Below, piece by piece: positions 12,901 through 25,610 of a DNA stretch of 64,000 bases (positions are counted from its first letter, which is position 1; each line of letters opens with the position of its first letter). The stretch comes from Felis catus (Eukaryota). Location: positions 16,990,001-17,054,000 of the forward strand of contig NC_058368.1 in NCBI RefSeq assembly GCF_018350175.1, read 5' to 3'. The position numbers and the translations under genes are program-made. The notes below the pieces were generated by a model, which saw only the letters and a program-made list of their open reading frames with translations, ran no database searches and was not told the origin of the DNA.

Positions 12901-13050
12901 AGGGCGCCTGGGTGGCTCAGTTGGTTAAGTGTCCGCCTTCAGCTCTGGTCATGATCTCACAGTTTGTGAGTTCCAGGCCCAGGTCGGACTCTCAGAACCT
13001 GGAGCCTGCTTAGGATTCTGTCTCCCTCCCTCTTTCCCCTTCCCTGCTCA

Positions 13051-13101
<51 letters not shown>

Positions 13102-13120
13102 AAAAATAAATAAACCTTAA
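12901..13120 (+). mobile_element. CAN-SINE with expanded (CT)n, inside L1 ORF2
   Basis: SINE head, long CT run, TSD aaacagtatg. Confidence 0.93.
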
Positions 13121-14151
13121 AACAGTATGTGTAAATAAACCTTAAATAAACCTTAAAACAGTCATAAAAATTGACACATAGATCAATGGAACAGAACAGA
13201 GAACCCAGAAATAAACCCATAATTATATGGTCAATTAATCATCAACAAAGAAGGAAAGAATATGCAATGGGAAAAAAGTCTCTTCAACAAATGGCACTGA
13301 TAAAACTGGACAGTTACATGCAAAATGAAATTGGACCACTTTCTCACACTATACACAAAAATAAGCTCAAAATGGATTAAAAACCTAAAAACGAGTTCTG
13401 AAACCATAAAAGTCCTAGAAGAGAACACAGGCAGTAATTTCTCAGACATCAGCCATAGCAACATTTTTCTAGATATGTCTCCTGAGGCAAGGAAACAAAA
13501 CAAAAGTAAACCATTGGGACTGCATCCAAATAAAAAGCTTCTGCATGGCACAGCAAACAATTTAAAAACCTAAAAGTCAACCCACTGAGTAGGAAAAGAT
13601 ATTTGCAAATAACATATCCAGTAAAGGGTTAGTATCCAAAATATAAAAAACTGATACAATTCAACATCCCAAAATCAAATAATCCAATTAAAAACGAGAA
13701 GATATGAAGAGACATTTCTCCAAAGAAGACATACAGATGGCCAACAGACTCATGATAAGATGCTAAACATCACTAATCTTCAAGGAAATGCAAATCAAAA
13801 CTACAGCGAAACATCACCTCACATCTGTCAGAATGGCTAAAATCAAAAACACAAGAAACAAGTGTTAGCAACAATGTGCAGAAATAGGAACCTTCATGCA
13901 CTGTTGCATACTGGTATAACCACTGTGGAAAACAGTATGGAGGTTCCTCAAAAAATTAAAGATAGAATTATCATATGATTCAGTAGTATCATATAATTAT
14001 ATAATACTCCTAGGTATTTATCTAAAGAATATGAAAACACCAATTTGAAAAGATATATGCATCCCTATGTTTATTGCAGCATTTTTTTTACAATGTAAAC
14101 TCATGGAAGCAACCCAAGTGTCTGTTGACAGATAAATGGATAAAGAAGACA

Positions 14152-14154
<3 letters not shown>

Positions 14155-14212
<58 letters not shown>

Positions 14213-14343
14213 TATACATATATAGTATATATGTATATATATAGTATATATACACATATATAGTATATATACATGTATATATACACACATATATGTATAT
14301 ATATACACACACATATACACACACATACATACATACATACACA
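14155..14343. repeat. (TA)n/(CA)n/(TACA)n compound microsatellite inside L1
   Basis: Directly visible. Confidence 0.97.
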
Positions 14344-15754
14344 ATGAAATATTACTCAGCCATAAAAAAAAAGTGAAATCTTGCCATTTTCAACATCATG
14401 GGTGGATCTACAGGGCATAGTGCTAAGTGAAATAAGAGAAAGACAAATACCATATGATTTCACTTATATGTGCTATTTAAGAAACAAAACAAATGAACAA
14501 GGGAAAAAAAAGAGACAAACCAAAGAACAGACTCCTAATTATAAAGAAATAAGCTGATGGTTGCCAGAAGGGAGGTAGGTAGGGAGACGGGTGGAATAAG
14601 TGATGGAGATTAAAGAGTACATTTATCATGAGCACTGAGTAGTGTATAGAATTGTTGAATCACTAAATTGTACACTTGAAACTAATATAACACTGTATGC
14701 ATGTTATATGAAATTAAAATTTAAAAATATTAAAAGCACAGGTGAAAAAAAAAGATTTTGTTTTCCTCCTGGATACTAAGTTAATATACCCAGACTACCA
14801 GTTTTACCTCGGTAAGGCTAGACCTCACTGAAGGGTTTGAATCCATCATTGAGTACTTACTTTGTGATACCATTTAGTAAAAATAATTCTGTGTATCTTT
14901 CATCTAAAATTATGTTGTATGAAATATCATAGAGATGATGGAAAACTTCCATTTACTTTTTTCATTAGTCAGGGGCAAATAGGTACTCTGACACACATAT
15001 TTCAAAAGATGTAATAATTTATCTAAAGGTAGATAAAGATAAACCAAAATAATATGACCCTCAGGGAGAAAGGGGATTTTCATTTAGCTTTTTTCTTTAA
15101 GATATTCTGGTCTTTTTGTGCAGGAGCATTGTCAGCCCAGGATAGAGTGTTTGACCTATTTTACTAAAGAAAATGAAGAGAGGATTTACCGGTTTTCTTG
15201 GGTCTGGGGTAATCCCCTGATTCTAGTAAATTTATTTAAATTGAGAATGACCTTACCTACCTATTCTTTTTCACAAAGACAGAGAAAGTTCTTCAGTTTA
15301 CCCAAACAGAAATGAGAGCTTCAGATTATCATAAAAATGCCAATTAGCTTATACTCAGTGAGTTAATTTTATATTATGAAATGAACGTATTCCAACAATT
15401 CACCAGCTGATGAATTGAAAGGTCTTGATTTCCCAGATTAGTAGTCAAAACACCTCAGAAATGAAATTCTACCTTTGCCAATGAGGCTGACATTTTGTAA
15501 TTTTTGTCGTTTAAAGTCTGAATCCTGGACATAATGGAGTCTATAATTACTGACTTAGAACTAGTGTGCACAATTCAATTCTCATCTTCTGGACTTAATT
15601 CAGTCTTTCTAATTTTACTCTGTTTCATCTTTTAATCTTTTCATCACCTTGATTTTTAGGCTATGTCTGTGCCTTTGCATGCAAATGACTTTAATGGCTT
15701 TGTTTTCCTTCTATCATTGCTGAATCATAGATTCTGGGAAACCTGTCACGTGTT

Positions 15755-15855
15755 TCTCAGTGGATTGCTGGGAGAATTAAATGAGGTTATGCAAATCAGG
15801 TGCTTAGCACATCAACTGGCACAAGTTGAGCATGCAATGAACATAAACTGTTACA
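15755..15855 (+). mobile_element. MIR 3' relic
   Basis: gattgctgggagaattaaatgaggttatgcaaatcaggtgcttagcaca. Confidence 0.65.
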
Positions 15856-16032
15856 TGTGATAAAATTCCTGGGGGTAAGAAGGTCTTTATGTTTGGAACT
15901 TTATGTATTGTAATTAGTACAGATTCATCTGAGCCCTTCCGAAATTAATTGTGTTCAATAATTTCATAAGACTGATTTAAATTGTGGACATATATGATGA
16001 TTTTTGCTTGATCCCTCCTTTTTTGAAGTTGT

Positions 16033-16044
16033 CTTTTTTCTTTT

Positions 16045-16100
<56 letters not shown>

Positions 16101-16158
16101 TCCTTCTTTCCTTCCTTCTCTCTTTCCTTCCTTCCTTCTCTCTTTCTCTCTCTCTTCC

Positions 16159-16242
<84 letters not shown>

Positions 16243-16305
16243 TCCCTTCCTTCCTTCCTTCCTTCCTTCCTTCCTTCCTTCCTTCCTTCCTTCCTTCCTT
16301 CCTTC
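16033..16305. repeat. Compound (TTTC)n/(TTCC)n/(TC)n pyrimidine microsatellite
   Basis: Directly visible, about 270 bp pure pyrimidine. Confidence 0.98.
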
Positions 16306-17144
16306 CACCTGAGAAGACTCTCAACGATTAAATGATACTTTTTAAATCCTTTTTCCTTTTTGGTGGGAGGAGGGGCATCAAATAAGGAAAAAGGACAAGC
16401 ATCATGACAAACCCAGCAATGAGTCAGCTGGATGTATAGTAATGCCTTTAACTCTGTAAACTGGCTTTATTCATAGTCAGGAATTATCTTTCTTCCCTGA
16501 AATAACTCTTCAGTCAACAGTAAATAAACAACTGAAGTAAAAATGTAAGTGCTTTGAGACTTGATATTAAAATAACTCTGAATTTTTTTTTGTTTAGATA
16601 TTCTTCACCTAATCTCAGTCTGGTCAGCATTTTTCCTTCCTTGGAACATGCAGACGTGTAAAATAAGAAAAACCGACAGAACAAGTATTTTGATAAAGTG
16701 CATGTGTTCCTCCATTACTCTGTTTCACCACACATGCCCTGGGTTAGAATATAAAATATTTGAGGAAGGTAAAGTCTTTTTTTCCATCATGATCCTTATT
16801 GCAGAAACTTAGCATCTCAATAGAAGTTTTCAAAAACTGTTTGGGCCATGAATTCTTTTTTGGCTCACCGGAAATATTTTATAGTAGTGCACTATATTAT
16901 ATTTCCTCAGTGATTTTTTTTTTTCAGTTGAGAAAATCTTGTCTAATTTCAGAGTGGCCAATTCACTCCTTTGATGGTGAGACCCACTTCAACATATTCT
17001 ATTTCCCCTACACAAACAATTTCCTGTTTGAAAGCAGCATGAATCACCCTGGTTATAAAAAATACCCTAAAGAATCTGATTAGAGATTTTTGTAAACCAC
17101 ACAATAGAAGTAGTACCTAACAGATCCCTAGCTGGTATTTCTGT

Positions 17145-17319
17145 CTCTCTTTTTTCTTTGTTCATTTGTTTTGTTTCTTAAATTCCACATGTGAATGAGA
17201 TCAGATGGTATTTGTCTTTCTCTGACTGACTTATTTCACTTAGCATTATGTGCCCTAGCTCTATCCATGTTGTTGTCAATGGCAAGATTTCATCCTTTTT
17301 AATAGCTGAGTAATATTCC

Positions 17320-17368
<49 letters not shown>

Positions 17369-17912
17369 CACAACTTATCTATTCATCCATCGATGGACAT
17401 TTAGGCTGCTTCCATATCTTGGCTATTGTGAATAATGCTGCAATAAATATAAGAGTGTGTGTATCTCATTGGCTTGGCATTTTTGTATTTTTGCGGTAAA
17501 TACCCAGTAGTGTGATTACTGGATAGTAAGGTAGTTCTATTTTAAAATTTCTAAGGAACCTCCATACTGTTTTCCACAATAGCTGCACCAGTTTGTATTC
17601 CCAGCAACAGTGCATAAGGGTGCCTATTTTTCCACATCCTTGCCAACACTGGTTTCTTGTGTTTTTGATTTTAGCTGTTCTGACAGATGTGAGGTGATAT
17701 CTCATTGTAGTTTTGATTTGCATTTCCCTGAAGATTAGTGATGTTGAGCACCTTTTCATATGTCTGTTGGCCATCTGTATGTCTTCTTTGGAGAAATGTC
17801 TCTTCATATCTTCTGCCCATTTTTAATCAGATTATTTGTTTTGGGGGTTTTGAGTTGTATCAGTTCTTTATATATTTTGGATACTAACCCTTTATCAAAT
17901 ATGTCATTTTGT
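17145..17912 (-). mobile_element. Carnivore L1 ORF2 C-terminal fragment with (TG)n at 17323-17366
   Basis: Minus [43 protein letters not shown] is L1 ORF2. Confidence 0.93.
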
Positions 17913-19296
17913 AGCTCATATTTTCAATACCTCCAATATAAATATGAGAATTTTTTAAGGGCACAAGGACCATATTTTAGGGACTAAAATCAAGTAATTA
18001 TTGTCAACTAGTTTACTATGGTTTCAATGATTTATTTTCAAGACAGTAAAATAAAATGGTCCTTCAAAATCTCACAGACTTAAATCCTATTATTGCTTGA
18101 GTGTTTCTGGAGTATCCTTTGGCCAGTACACTCTATTAGGATATTTGAGCATTTGTTTATTTACTTAGTAAGACTCTGGAGTCACGCTGTTTTTTCTATG
18201 CTACAGGACAATTGCAAGCTTGAAATGAAAAACAACGTAGTAATACCTGTGCTTTGCTACCTCAAACTAAAATTAGGGGCTCACCATGTAGATGTTAAGT
18301 TTGCATGTTTTAAAAATATCCCTTGTATTATCAATTATCTGAATATTTACAGGTCAGAAAGAATGGCCTCAAACATTCCTTAGTAGAAATTACCAGGAAG
18401 GTCACCTAATCTTCCTCAACCCCCACTTTTCTACATGGAAATACAAAACTATTGTAAAGATCATATAAAAGAATGCATGTAAACTTCTTCGCACGGTGCC
18501 AACCAATAAAAGTTATCTATCATAGTCATTACTGTGATCATGAACAAAATGCATTTCCCTCACATTATGAACAGTCCACCTTATAAAAAGAGTGGTTTTA
18601 AGAAGTAAGGCTATAATGTAAGAATAGTCAATATTGCACAATATAGGCACGTAACTCATACTCCTTTCACAATACAGACTATTTCCACCATCCCAGGTTT
18701 CTCTGTGTGTCTCTCTATAGGCAATCTCCTTCTGCCAATCCTGGTCACTGGAAACCTCTGATCTATTTTCTGTTACTGTAAGTTTGGCATTTTAAAATTT
18801 TAATATAAAAGGATTCATACAATTTTTTGTGTCTGGCTTCTTTCACTAAACATAATGCTTTAGAAATTCATCCTTGTTAATTTCTTATTATTTCTGAATA
18901 GCAGTATTTTGATTCTGCTATACAACAGTCTTGCAAAAGCTAAAAACCTTAACTTTTCTTGCACTGAAAAGTAGCTACTATTAGGTTTACAAATACAGTT
19001 AATATATGCTTAGATTTTCCTTAATTTTTAAAATTTTATTACTGTTAATTCCTTTTTGCATCTTAGATATTCCATCTGAAATAATTTTCTTTCCTACTAA
19101 AGTACATTTTGCAGAATTTCCTCTAGTTCGGCTTGGGGATAAACTCAGTTGTCATTGGTCTGTAAAGATATCTATTTTACCCCATTTTAATGCTAATTTA
19201 GCTAGGTATAAGATTTGAGATTGACAATGGGGGCAGAGATAACTATCCACAAGAGACGCCCACCTAGCTTTCAAAGTGCAGAATTATTGCAGGGAA

Positions 19297-19299
<3 letters not shown>

Positions 19300-19342
<43 letters not shown>
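19300..19342. repeat. (TA)n microsatellite
   Basis: Directly visible. Confidence 0.97.
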
Positions 19343-19345
<3 letters not shown>

Positions 19346-20181
19346 ATCTAGGGGTTATATTTATCAGTCTCCTTTGCATGTAGGGGGTCCCATATTTTTA
19401 GTTTTTTCCAACACATTGGGAGAAGAAAAGCTTTTCACTTCCAGTCCAAAGTATTTAAGAAGAATTTTGCTTTCAGGGCTCCTTGGGTGGCTCAGCTGGT
19501 CAAGTGGCCAAAATCAAGAGTCAACACCAAAAATGCCTATTTGAAATTCACACGAACAAGAAATTATTTCTATTGTGGTAACATACAGGTATTTCTGATT
19601 TTAGTTGTCATAGCAGTTACATTTTTAATTAATACAAAAATTATTTCTTCTCTGCACTGAGAAATTATTGTTCAGATGTATACTGGCTTCTAGAGTTGCT
19701 ATTGAAAAATCTGATGTCAGTGTTATTTTGTGATTTTCTAATAGCTTGTCTTTTTTCTCTAATTTTATAATCTGTTGGTGTTCTGCAATTTTCCTGTACA
19801 TCTCATCTCGTGGTTGATACCTTATTTATCTTGTTTTGCACTTATTGTCCTTACTAAACATGAGTATTTAGTTCCTTTTGCAATTCTGTATATTTCTCAG
19901 ATTTTATCTTTTCAAATATTACTTCTGCTTTATTCTTTTTACTTTCTTTATCTGTAACTTTATGTATTTAAAAATTTAGTATTCTGTTCCCCATTCTCTA
20001 CATTCATTTTTTAGTATTTTCAATCTCTGGTAATTTTTTAGCTCTTCCTTGTGTTCAATCTCTCACTTATGTTTAATCTGATGTTTAACTCACTTATTAA
20101 ATTTTAATTTTATTGATTATACATTTTTTTCACTTCTAATAGTACTATTTGGTTCTTTATCAAATCTGTCCACTCTCTCTC

Positions 20182-20365
20182 AAGGCGCCTGGGTGGCTCA
20201 GTCGGTTAAGTGTCTGATTCAGGTCATGATCTCATGGTTCATGAGTTTGAGCCCCACGATGGGCTCTGCACTGATAGCACAGTGCAGAGCCTGCTTGCAA
20301 TTCTCTGTCTCCATCTCTCTCTCTGCTCCTCTCTCTGTGTCTCTCTTAAAAATAAACATTTAAAA
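20182..20365 (+). mobile_element. CAN-SINE
   Basis: SINE head and tail, TSD aaatctgtccactctc. Confidence 0.93.
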
Positions 20366-20884
20366 GAAATCTGTCCACTCTCCTTGAATATCTTGTTCCT
20401 TGCTTTTAATTTGTATTTCTTCCAAAATTTCACATATATTTATTTACATAGTCTATGTGATAAGTTCATTATCTGAAAATCTTAAAGCTTTATTTCTGTT
20501 TATTGTTCTTGCTGACCTTAATGTGGGACTTCCTTCGTATGTGTTTTGTAATTGTGGACTGTGGACTCATGCTGACAAAGTTTAATCAGTAGATTCATAT
20601 AAAACTTGAGATGAGGGTGCTTCCCTCCAGAATGGAATTAATTTTGCCTCTGTAGGGTACCTTAGGATAATAATCCAGGACAAATTTAAAATAAATTTCT
20701 CAGAGTGGGTTTGCTTTGCCTCATCAATGATACAAATCTGTATCCCACACCAATATGAAGGGATAATTAATTTCACTTCAATACTTTTTTCTGCTGTTAA
20801 GCTCCTATAAAGTAAAACTGATTTATTAATAAATGTAAAATAACATATATCTATCATCTATCTCTATCTCTTTTGTCGTTTCAA

Positions 20885-21045
20885 TGGAAAGGATGTCGAG
20901 AATCGTATTCACTAAATGTTCATACCAGTCGTACCTAGATGATGCAATTTTGAATGATATGTTCTGTTTTCCACTCTGTGTTTTTTCTGTTTCTTAAACA
21001 GTTTATAATGAATATGCATTTTGGGTGTTATCGAGAAAAGCAAAC
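20885..21045 (+). mobile_element. L1ME-like 3' end relic
   Basis: tattcactaaatgttcata...ttttttctgtttcttaaacagtttataatgaatatgcatt. Confidence 0.5.
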
Positions 21046-24000
21046 ATGTTTTAAGGTGTGGACTATAGTACTACTTATATAAAAATAGGGAGTACTTAAT
21101 ATATTACAAGATTGGACATAAGAAGTAGTTTCTTTTTTCAAGGAGTTTCAAAGATCTAGGAATATAACAGGAGAAACATCTTTTTTTTTTCTTACTTTAT
21201 GAATGCGGCAACCCAATTATATGTGTAAAGCTGGTAATTCGAGAGATTCTTGTTGCAGGACTGTTGTATAGCAATTGGAAAGCACTTCTACTGAAATGAC
21301 CTAGATAATTGGAATGAAGAATTAATTTAGTAGATGGTTTTTTGATTCTAAATAAACACGTATACTGCTATATTTTATGAAAATATTGAACTTTCTACTA
21401 CATAGTAGTATATTATTTTGTACATTATTATAGTATACAATATACTATATACAGTAGCATACGATTTTATACATTATAAATAACTGTATAAGCATGTTTT
21501 CTGTTGTTTATATTTAATGACATTTAAATTATGAAACAAGATTTTTTTTACAGTCCTCCAACAAAGTGGGAATGCAGTTTGAAATACTTAAGTGAAAATG
21601 ACTCTGTCACCCCAACACTGATGCCATATTCATGTAAGAAGCTTGAACTGACTTGAAAAAATATGTTCATCCATCCTATCCCTTTTTGTGTAATCAAAAG
21701 TCCTCTCAATATAAATTTATCCTTAGACCTGAAAAATCAAATAAAGCACTTTTCAATCAAGAACTTTTTCTTATAGCCCTGGCCTTAGAAAAAATTGCCA
21801 AGTTGAGAATTCATGATGACTGTGTAGGGAGCATTTAAAATATAGCCCCATATTATAGAAGATGCAGTAATTCAATATACAGCCTGTGTTTGTCCTAAGA
21901 TATATATCACTGCTACTTCTCTAAGACCTCATATTGTTGGAAAGACAATAAAAATAATGATTAGAAGTCCCCTTGCATTTGCTTAACAAACCTTTTTTTT
22001 TCTTTTTTACAATCAGTTTTCTTTTTAATTGAAGTTTAGTTGACACTTAACAAACTTTTATTTTTGACTGCCAGGTATTTGAAGGCCTTTGTTCAAGACT
22101 CCAGAGAAGGTACAAATATGACATAATCTATTCCTTCTCCTTCAATTTTACCCATAGCAAATCAAAACACCACTGATCCTTGGCATTTATTTATAAACAG
22201 GCTTACTATCCCCTTAGCTCCAGTCACTTGGAAATTATTATTTTCCTCTTATACTCATACATTAGAGGTAATATCAGCATTAAATAAATTCTATATGTAG
22301 TCCCAGCCACTAGAATCAGAAATATGGCTGTACCCTAAATAGTGCTTTTTCTCCCACTCTCTCTTTTAAAGTTTTTCTTTATGACACTATCTCAAAAAAC
22401 CCATGATATATTTATATTACAGCTTTAAAAAAATCTCATTTACATTCCAATCCCATTTTTCTGAAAATGTGACTTATGTCCAAAATAGATACATGGTAAG
22501 TATTTTAGTCTCACTATCTAAATATGTGCAAATCAACATTTAGCTTCGGTTAGTACTGATGGTAACTAAATTCTTGCAACCCTTGTGAATAGCATGGCAG
22601 TTAGGCTTGAACAGATCTGTTGAATCCCAATTCCATCACATATTAGCCTTGTATTCCCAAGTAAGGTAATTTCCCTGAGAGCTTCTCCATTTGTACACTA
22701 GGAAAAGGAAGAAACCTTTCTTCATTTGCAAAATGAGGATGGAAAAACAAATCGGGCTAGAAAAAAATTATAGGAGTAATATAAGCATCTGTTTGATTCC
22801 CTTTGAACCAGGTATGTATCCCCAGGCTGATCAATCACAAAGCACGATTATAAGAGAATAAGAAATTGTTGAATAACCTCCCTGAAAGGTATCTACTTTA
22901 CTTTATCTACTTTACTCTAGAGTCTTTCTTTTTCTGCTACTACATGTTTTTGTTTCTTCTCTTTCTACCTTTGAACAACCCCAGCACTACCCTGCTGAGT
23001 GAAACATCTTTATCCTGAGCAAAACAGTTTATAGTTTCTTCTTCTTGTAAATAGAAATGGTTAGTTATTTTCTTCCTTGTACAGTGTTCCAGGGGAATAG
23101 ATCTAGAAATATTAAATATATTTAGAAAACTGCTTATTGCAAGACCCCTTTGTTTTCCACTTTAAACATTTTCAGTTGTGCAGCAGAATGAAATACATCT
23201 TCCATCCACAAGGCTGCACCTAAAACGTGTTATGTGGAAGAAAAGCCTTCTTCCTAATTCCCACTCTTTGCTGGGTTTATATTGATATAGTCATTTAACT
23301 CAGAGTAAATTATTCCTAAAATAGATGACGATGGTAATTCAAATAGAAGTTTCCATATCTTTGGTTGAAAATAAGAGATATAGTTTCTATCACTGTTGCA
23401 TTTTCTTAACTCCTAGGGCTTTTTACGAGGTTCTCAGGGTTTGAGATTAAGGTGGGTGGGATAGAAATGATTCATGTTATAAGCATTAATCAGAGAATAA
23501 AAGAAAATGCCATTAGTATTTATATGAAATCATAGTTTATGGAAATTAAGGCTCTAACCTTTTAAATATATCCATACCATACAAAATTCTCCTGTCTTCT
23601 GATTTCACACATTGATGAGTTCAAGGAGCTCACATTTAGAGGAATACTTCATTCCTCAATGCCTCAGTCCCTACACTTAATTAGAAGATGACCAAGCTTC
23701 TCTTGGTTCTTACACATAATCTGAGCTGTAGCCAGCAGCTCCCCAATTCCTGAATCACGAAATCCATTGCTCTTGAGCTCTTGATCACGACTGTTCTGCT
23801 GCCCTTGGACCTATATAGTGCTGCCCGGGCTGCTCTCCATCCTTGATGTCTCTGGCCATTGACACCTTCTACCATCAGGCCATTGACCTCTGCTGTTCAT
23901 CTCCTTCTTTGGGTAGGAGAATTCCTCTCACTTCGTGATCAGTTCATTTAGGTTGATTCTTACAGAGAACTGTTGACCCTCTTCTTTTTTTCCTTTACAT

Positions 24001-24471
24001 CTCGGTCCTCTACTTTTCAGGCCACAAAAGTACCTTGGGAAGGTCTAAGGAGATGGCCAAGTAAGGATTCCATTGTCCCTGCAGGCATTGTCCCTGACCT
24101 ATCCTGCAAGACTTCTTGACCCATGATGCTTTTTTTCCCAGCATCTCTGTTTTCTTCTCTATGTCTTGTTCCTATACAATATTCTGTATACTAATTATAG
24201 GCTAGAAACAAGTGTTTTTTTTGTTTTGTTTTGTTTTTCTCATGAGATCCTTGAGCCCTATGTAAATTAAGTAGTATTCCACTCAGGCCTTTTCCCTCAG
24301 TCTCCCAAACTTTCTGTGGCCAAATAGAAGCAAGTGTTTCCTAGAATGAATGGTGGACTTCCCGAAGTGTGATGTTCACTAGCCTCCATTATAACTTTGC
24401 CAAACCAAAAATATTCTAATGCATGAACACCCGTCATCCATATCACCTGGAGATTCTATGTGTGTGTAACA

Positions 24472-24990
24472 TGTTTTTTATTGTGTTAAAATACACATAC
24501 TATAAAATTTATCATTTTAACCATTTTTAAGTGTACAATTCAGTGGCATTAAATATATCCACAATGTTGTACAACCATCACCACTGTCGATCTCCAGAAC
24601 TTTATCATCTTTCCAAACTGAAACCCTATGCCCATTAAATAATAACTCCCCAGTCCTCCCTCTCTCCAGGCCCTGATAACCACCATTCTACCTTCTGTCT
24701 CTATGAATGTGACCATGCCAGGTATAAGTGGAATAATATACTATTTGTCCCTTTATGTCTGACTTATTTCATTTACATAATATTTTTAAGTTTATCCATG
24801 TTGCAGCATGTATCAGACTTTTATTTTCTCAAAGGATGAATCATATTCCATTGTATGTATATACCATATTTCATTTATCCATTCATCTGTCAATGGATTT
24901 TTGGGTTGTTTTTACCTGTGGCTATCAGAAATGATGCTGCCATGAGCATGGACGTACAGATATCTGATCCTAGCCTAGTTTCAACTGAAA
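24472..24990 (-). mobile_element. L1MB-like 3' end
   Basis: tttatcattttaaccatttttaagtgtacaattcagtggcattaa...aaactgaaaccctatgcccattaaa. Confidence 0.85.
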
Positions 24991-25249
24991 AACAAAAACA
25001 AATATGTAGTATACATGTATGGACCCATTAAAATTAGGCAGATGTTATTCAGATATTTTATGTAAAAAACAGGTTCTGGATGGGTTATTTAAGTGAATGA
25101 ATGAAATCATTTATTAGTATAAATTCATTCATTTAGATTCATTGGTTAAATCATTCATTCAAATTATTGGGAAGGCAGTAATATAAATATGAATATGGAA
25201 AGGAAGACAAGGAAGTGAGTATCCAAAACAATTTGATAATTATTATATT

Positions 25250-25610
25250 AGAATGGTAATCTACACCATGTGCTGTAGGAACACAGGGAAGGACACTTAA
25301 GAGATGCAGGAAGTCTTCCTGAGGAAGAAAAAATACTGGAACTGAACCTGAAACATAAGTAGGATGGTCTCCCTAGAGATTGGGAGAATGGGGGAGGATT
25401 TGTCCCAGCTAAGAAGCAAAATTCTAAAAATCATGAAGCCTGGAAAAGTAGAATCAGGGAATGGTAAGTAGTTAATACGGTAACAGCACCATGTGAAAAC
25501 TGAGAAGCAGTGGGGGCCGCGATCGGAAGTAGACAAACAAAAGATCATAAAAGGCTTTATTCCTACTTGTGCAAAAGGAGTTTGATTTTTGTTATCCTAA
25601 AAGCAAGTCT
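25250..25610 (-). mobile_element. L2 relic
   Basis: gtgctgtaggaacacagggaagga...gaagtcttcctgaggaag resembles antisense L2. Confidence 0.55.

Larger units (their letters stand above)
9843..14750 (+). mobile_element. 5'-truncated carnivore L1 (L1_Carn-like): inter-ORF region, full-length but disrupted ORF2, 3'UTR
   Basis: ORF2 start YLSIITLNVNGLNAPIKRH at ~10258; RT core reads LPLFLDNILY (~12332-12361, FADD mutated); 3'UTR tgtacacttgaaactaatataacactgtatg plus A tail; many stops and frameshifts. Confidence 0.95.
18650..20700 (-). mobile_element. Ancient L1M relics (3' end piece and ORF1-region piece), interrupted
   Basis: ctctgatctattttctgttactgtaagtttggcatttt; tactggcttctagagttgctattgaaaaatctgatgtcagt resembles antisense ORF1. 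Confidence 0.6.

Noticed and set aside
10245..14440. L1 ORF2 as an active or domesticated RT gene
   Set aside because: Many stops and frameshifts, SINE and microsatellite insertions, FADD changed to FLDN, no ORF1 or promoter
15110..15215. Acceptor tctttttgtgcag followed by the open frame EHCQPRIECLTYFTKENEERIY
   Set aside because: Weak donor, unrecognised peptide, no partner exon; within chance expectation
15964..16331. Long KERK/FLSF repeat ORFs (also at 53763-54178)
   Set aside because: Stop-free tetranucleotide repeats, not genes
16415..16545. AP-1, E-box and forkhead motifs (tgagtcagctg, gtaaataaaca)
   Set aside because: Short motifs expected many times by chance in 64 kb, with no independent support
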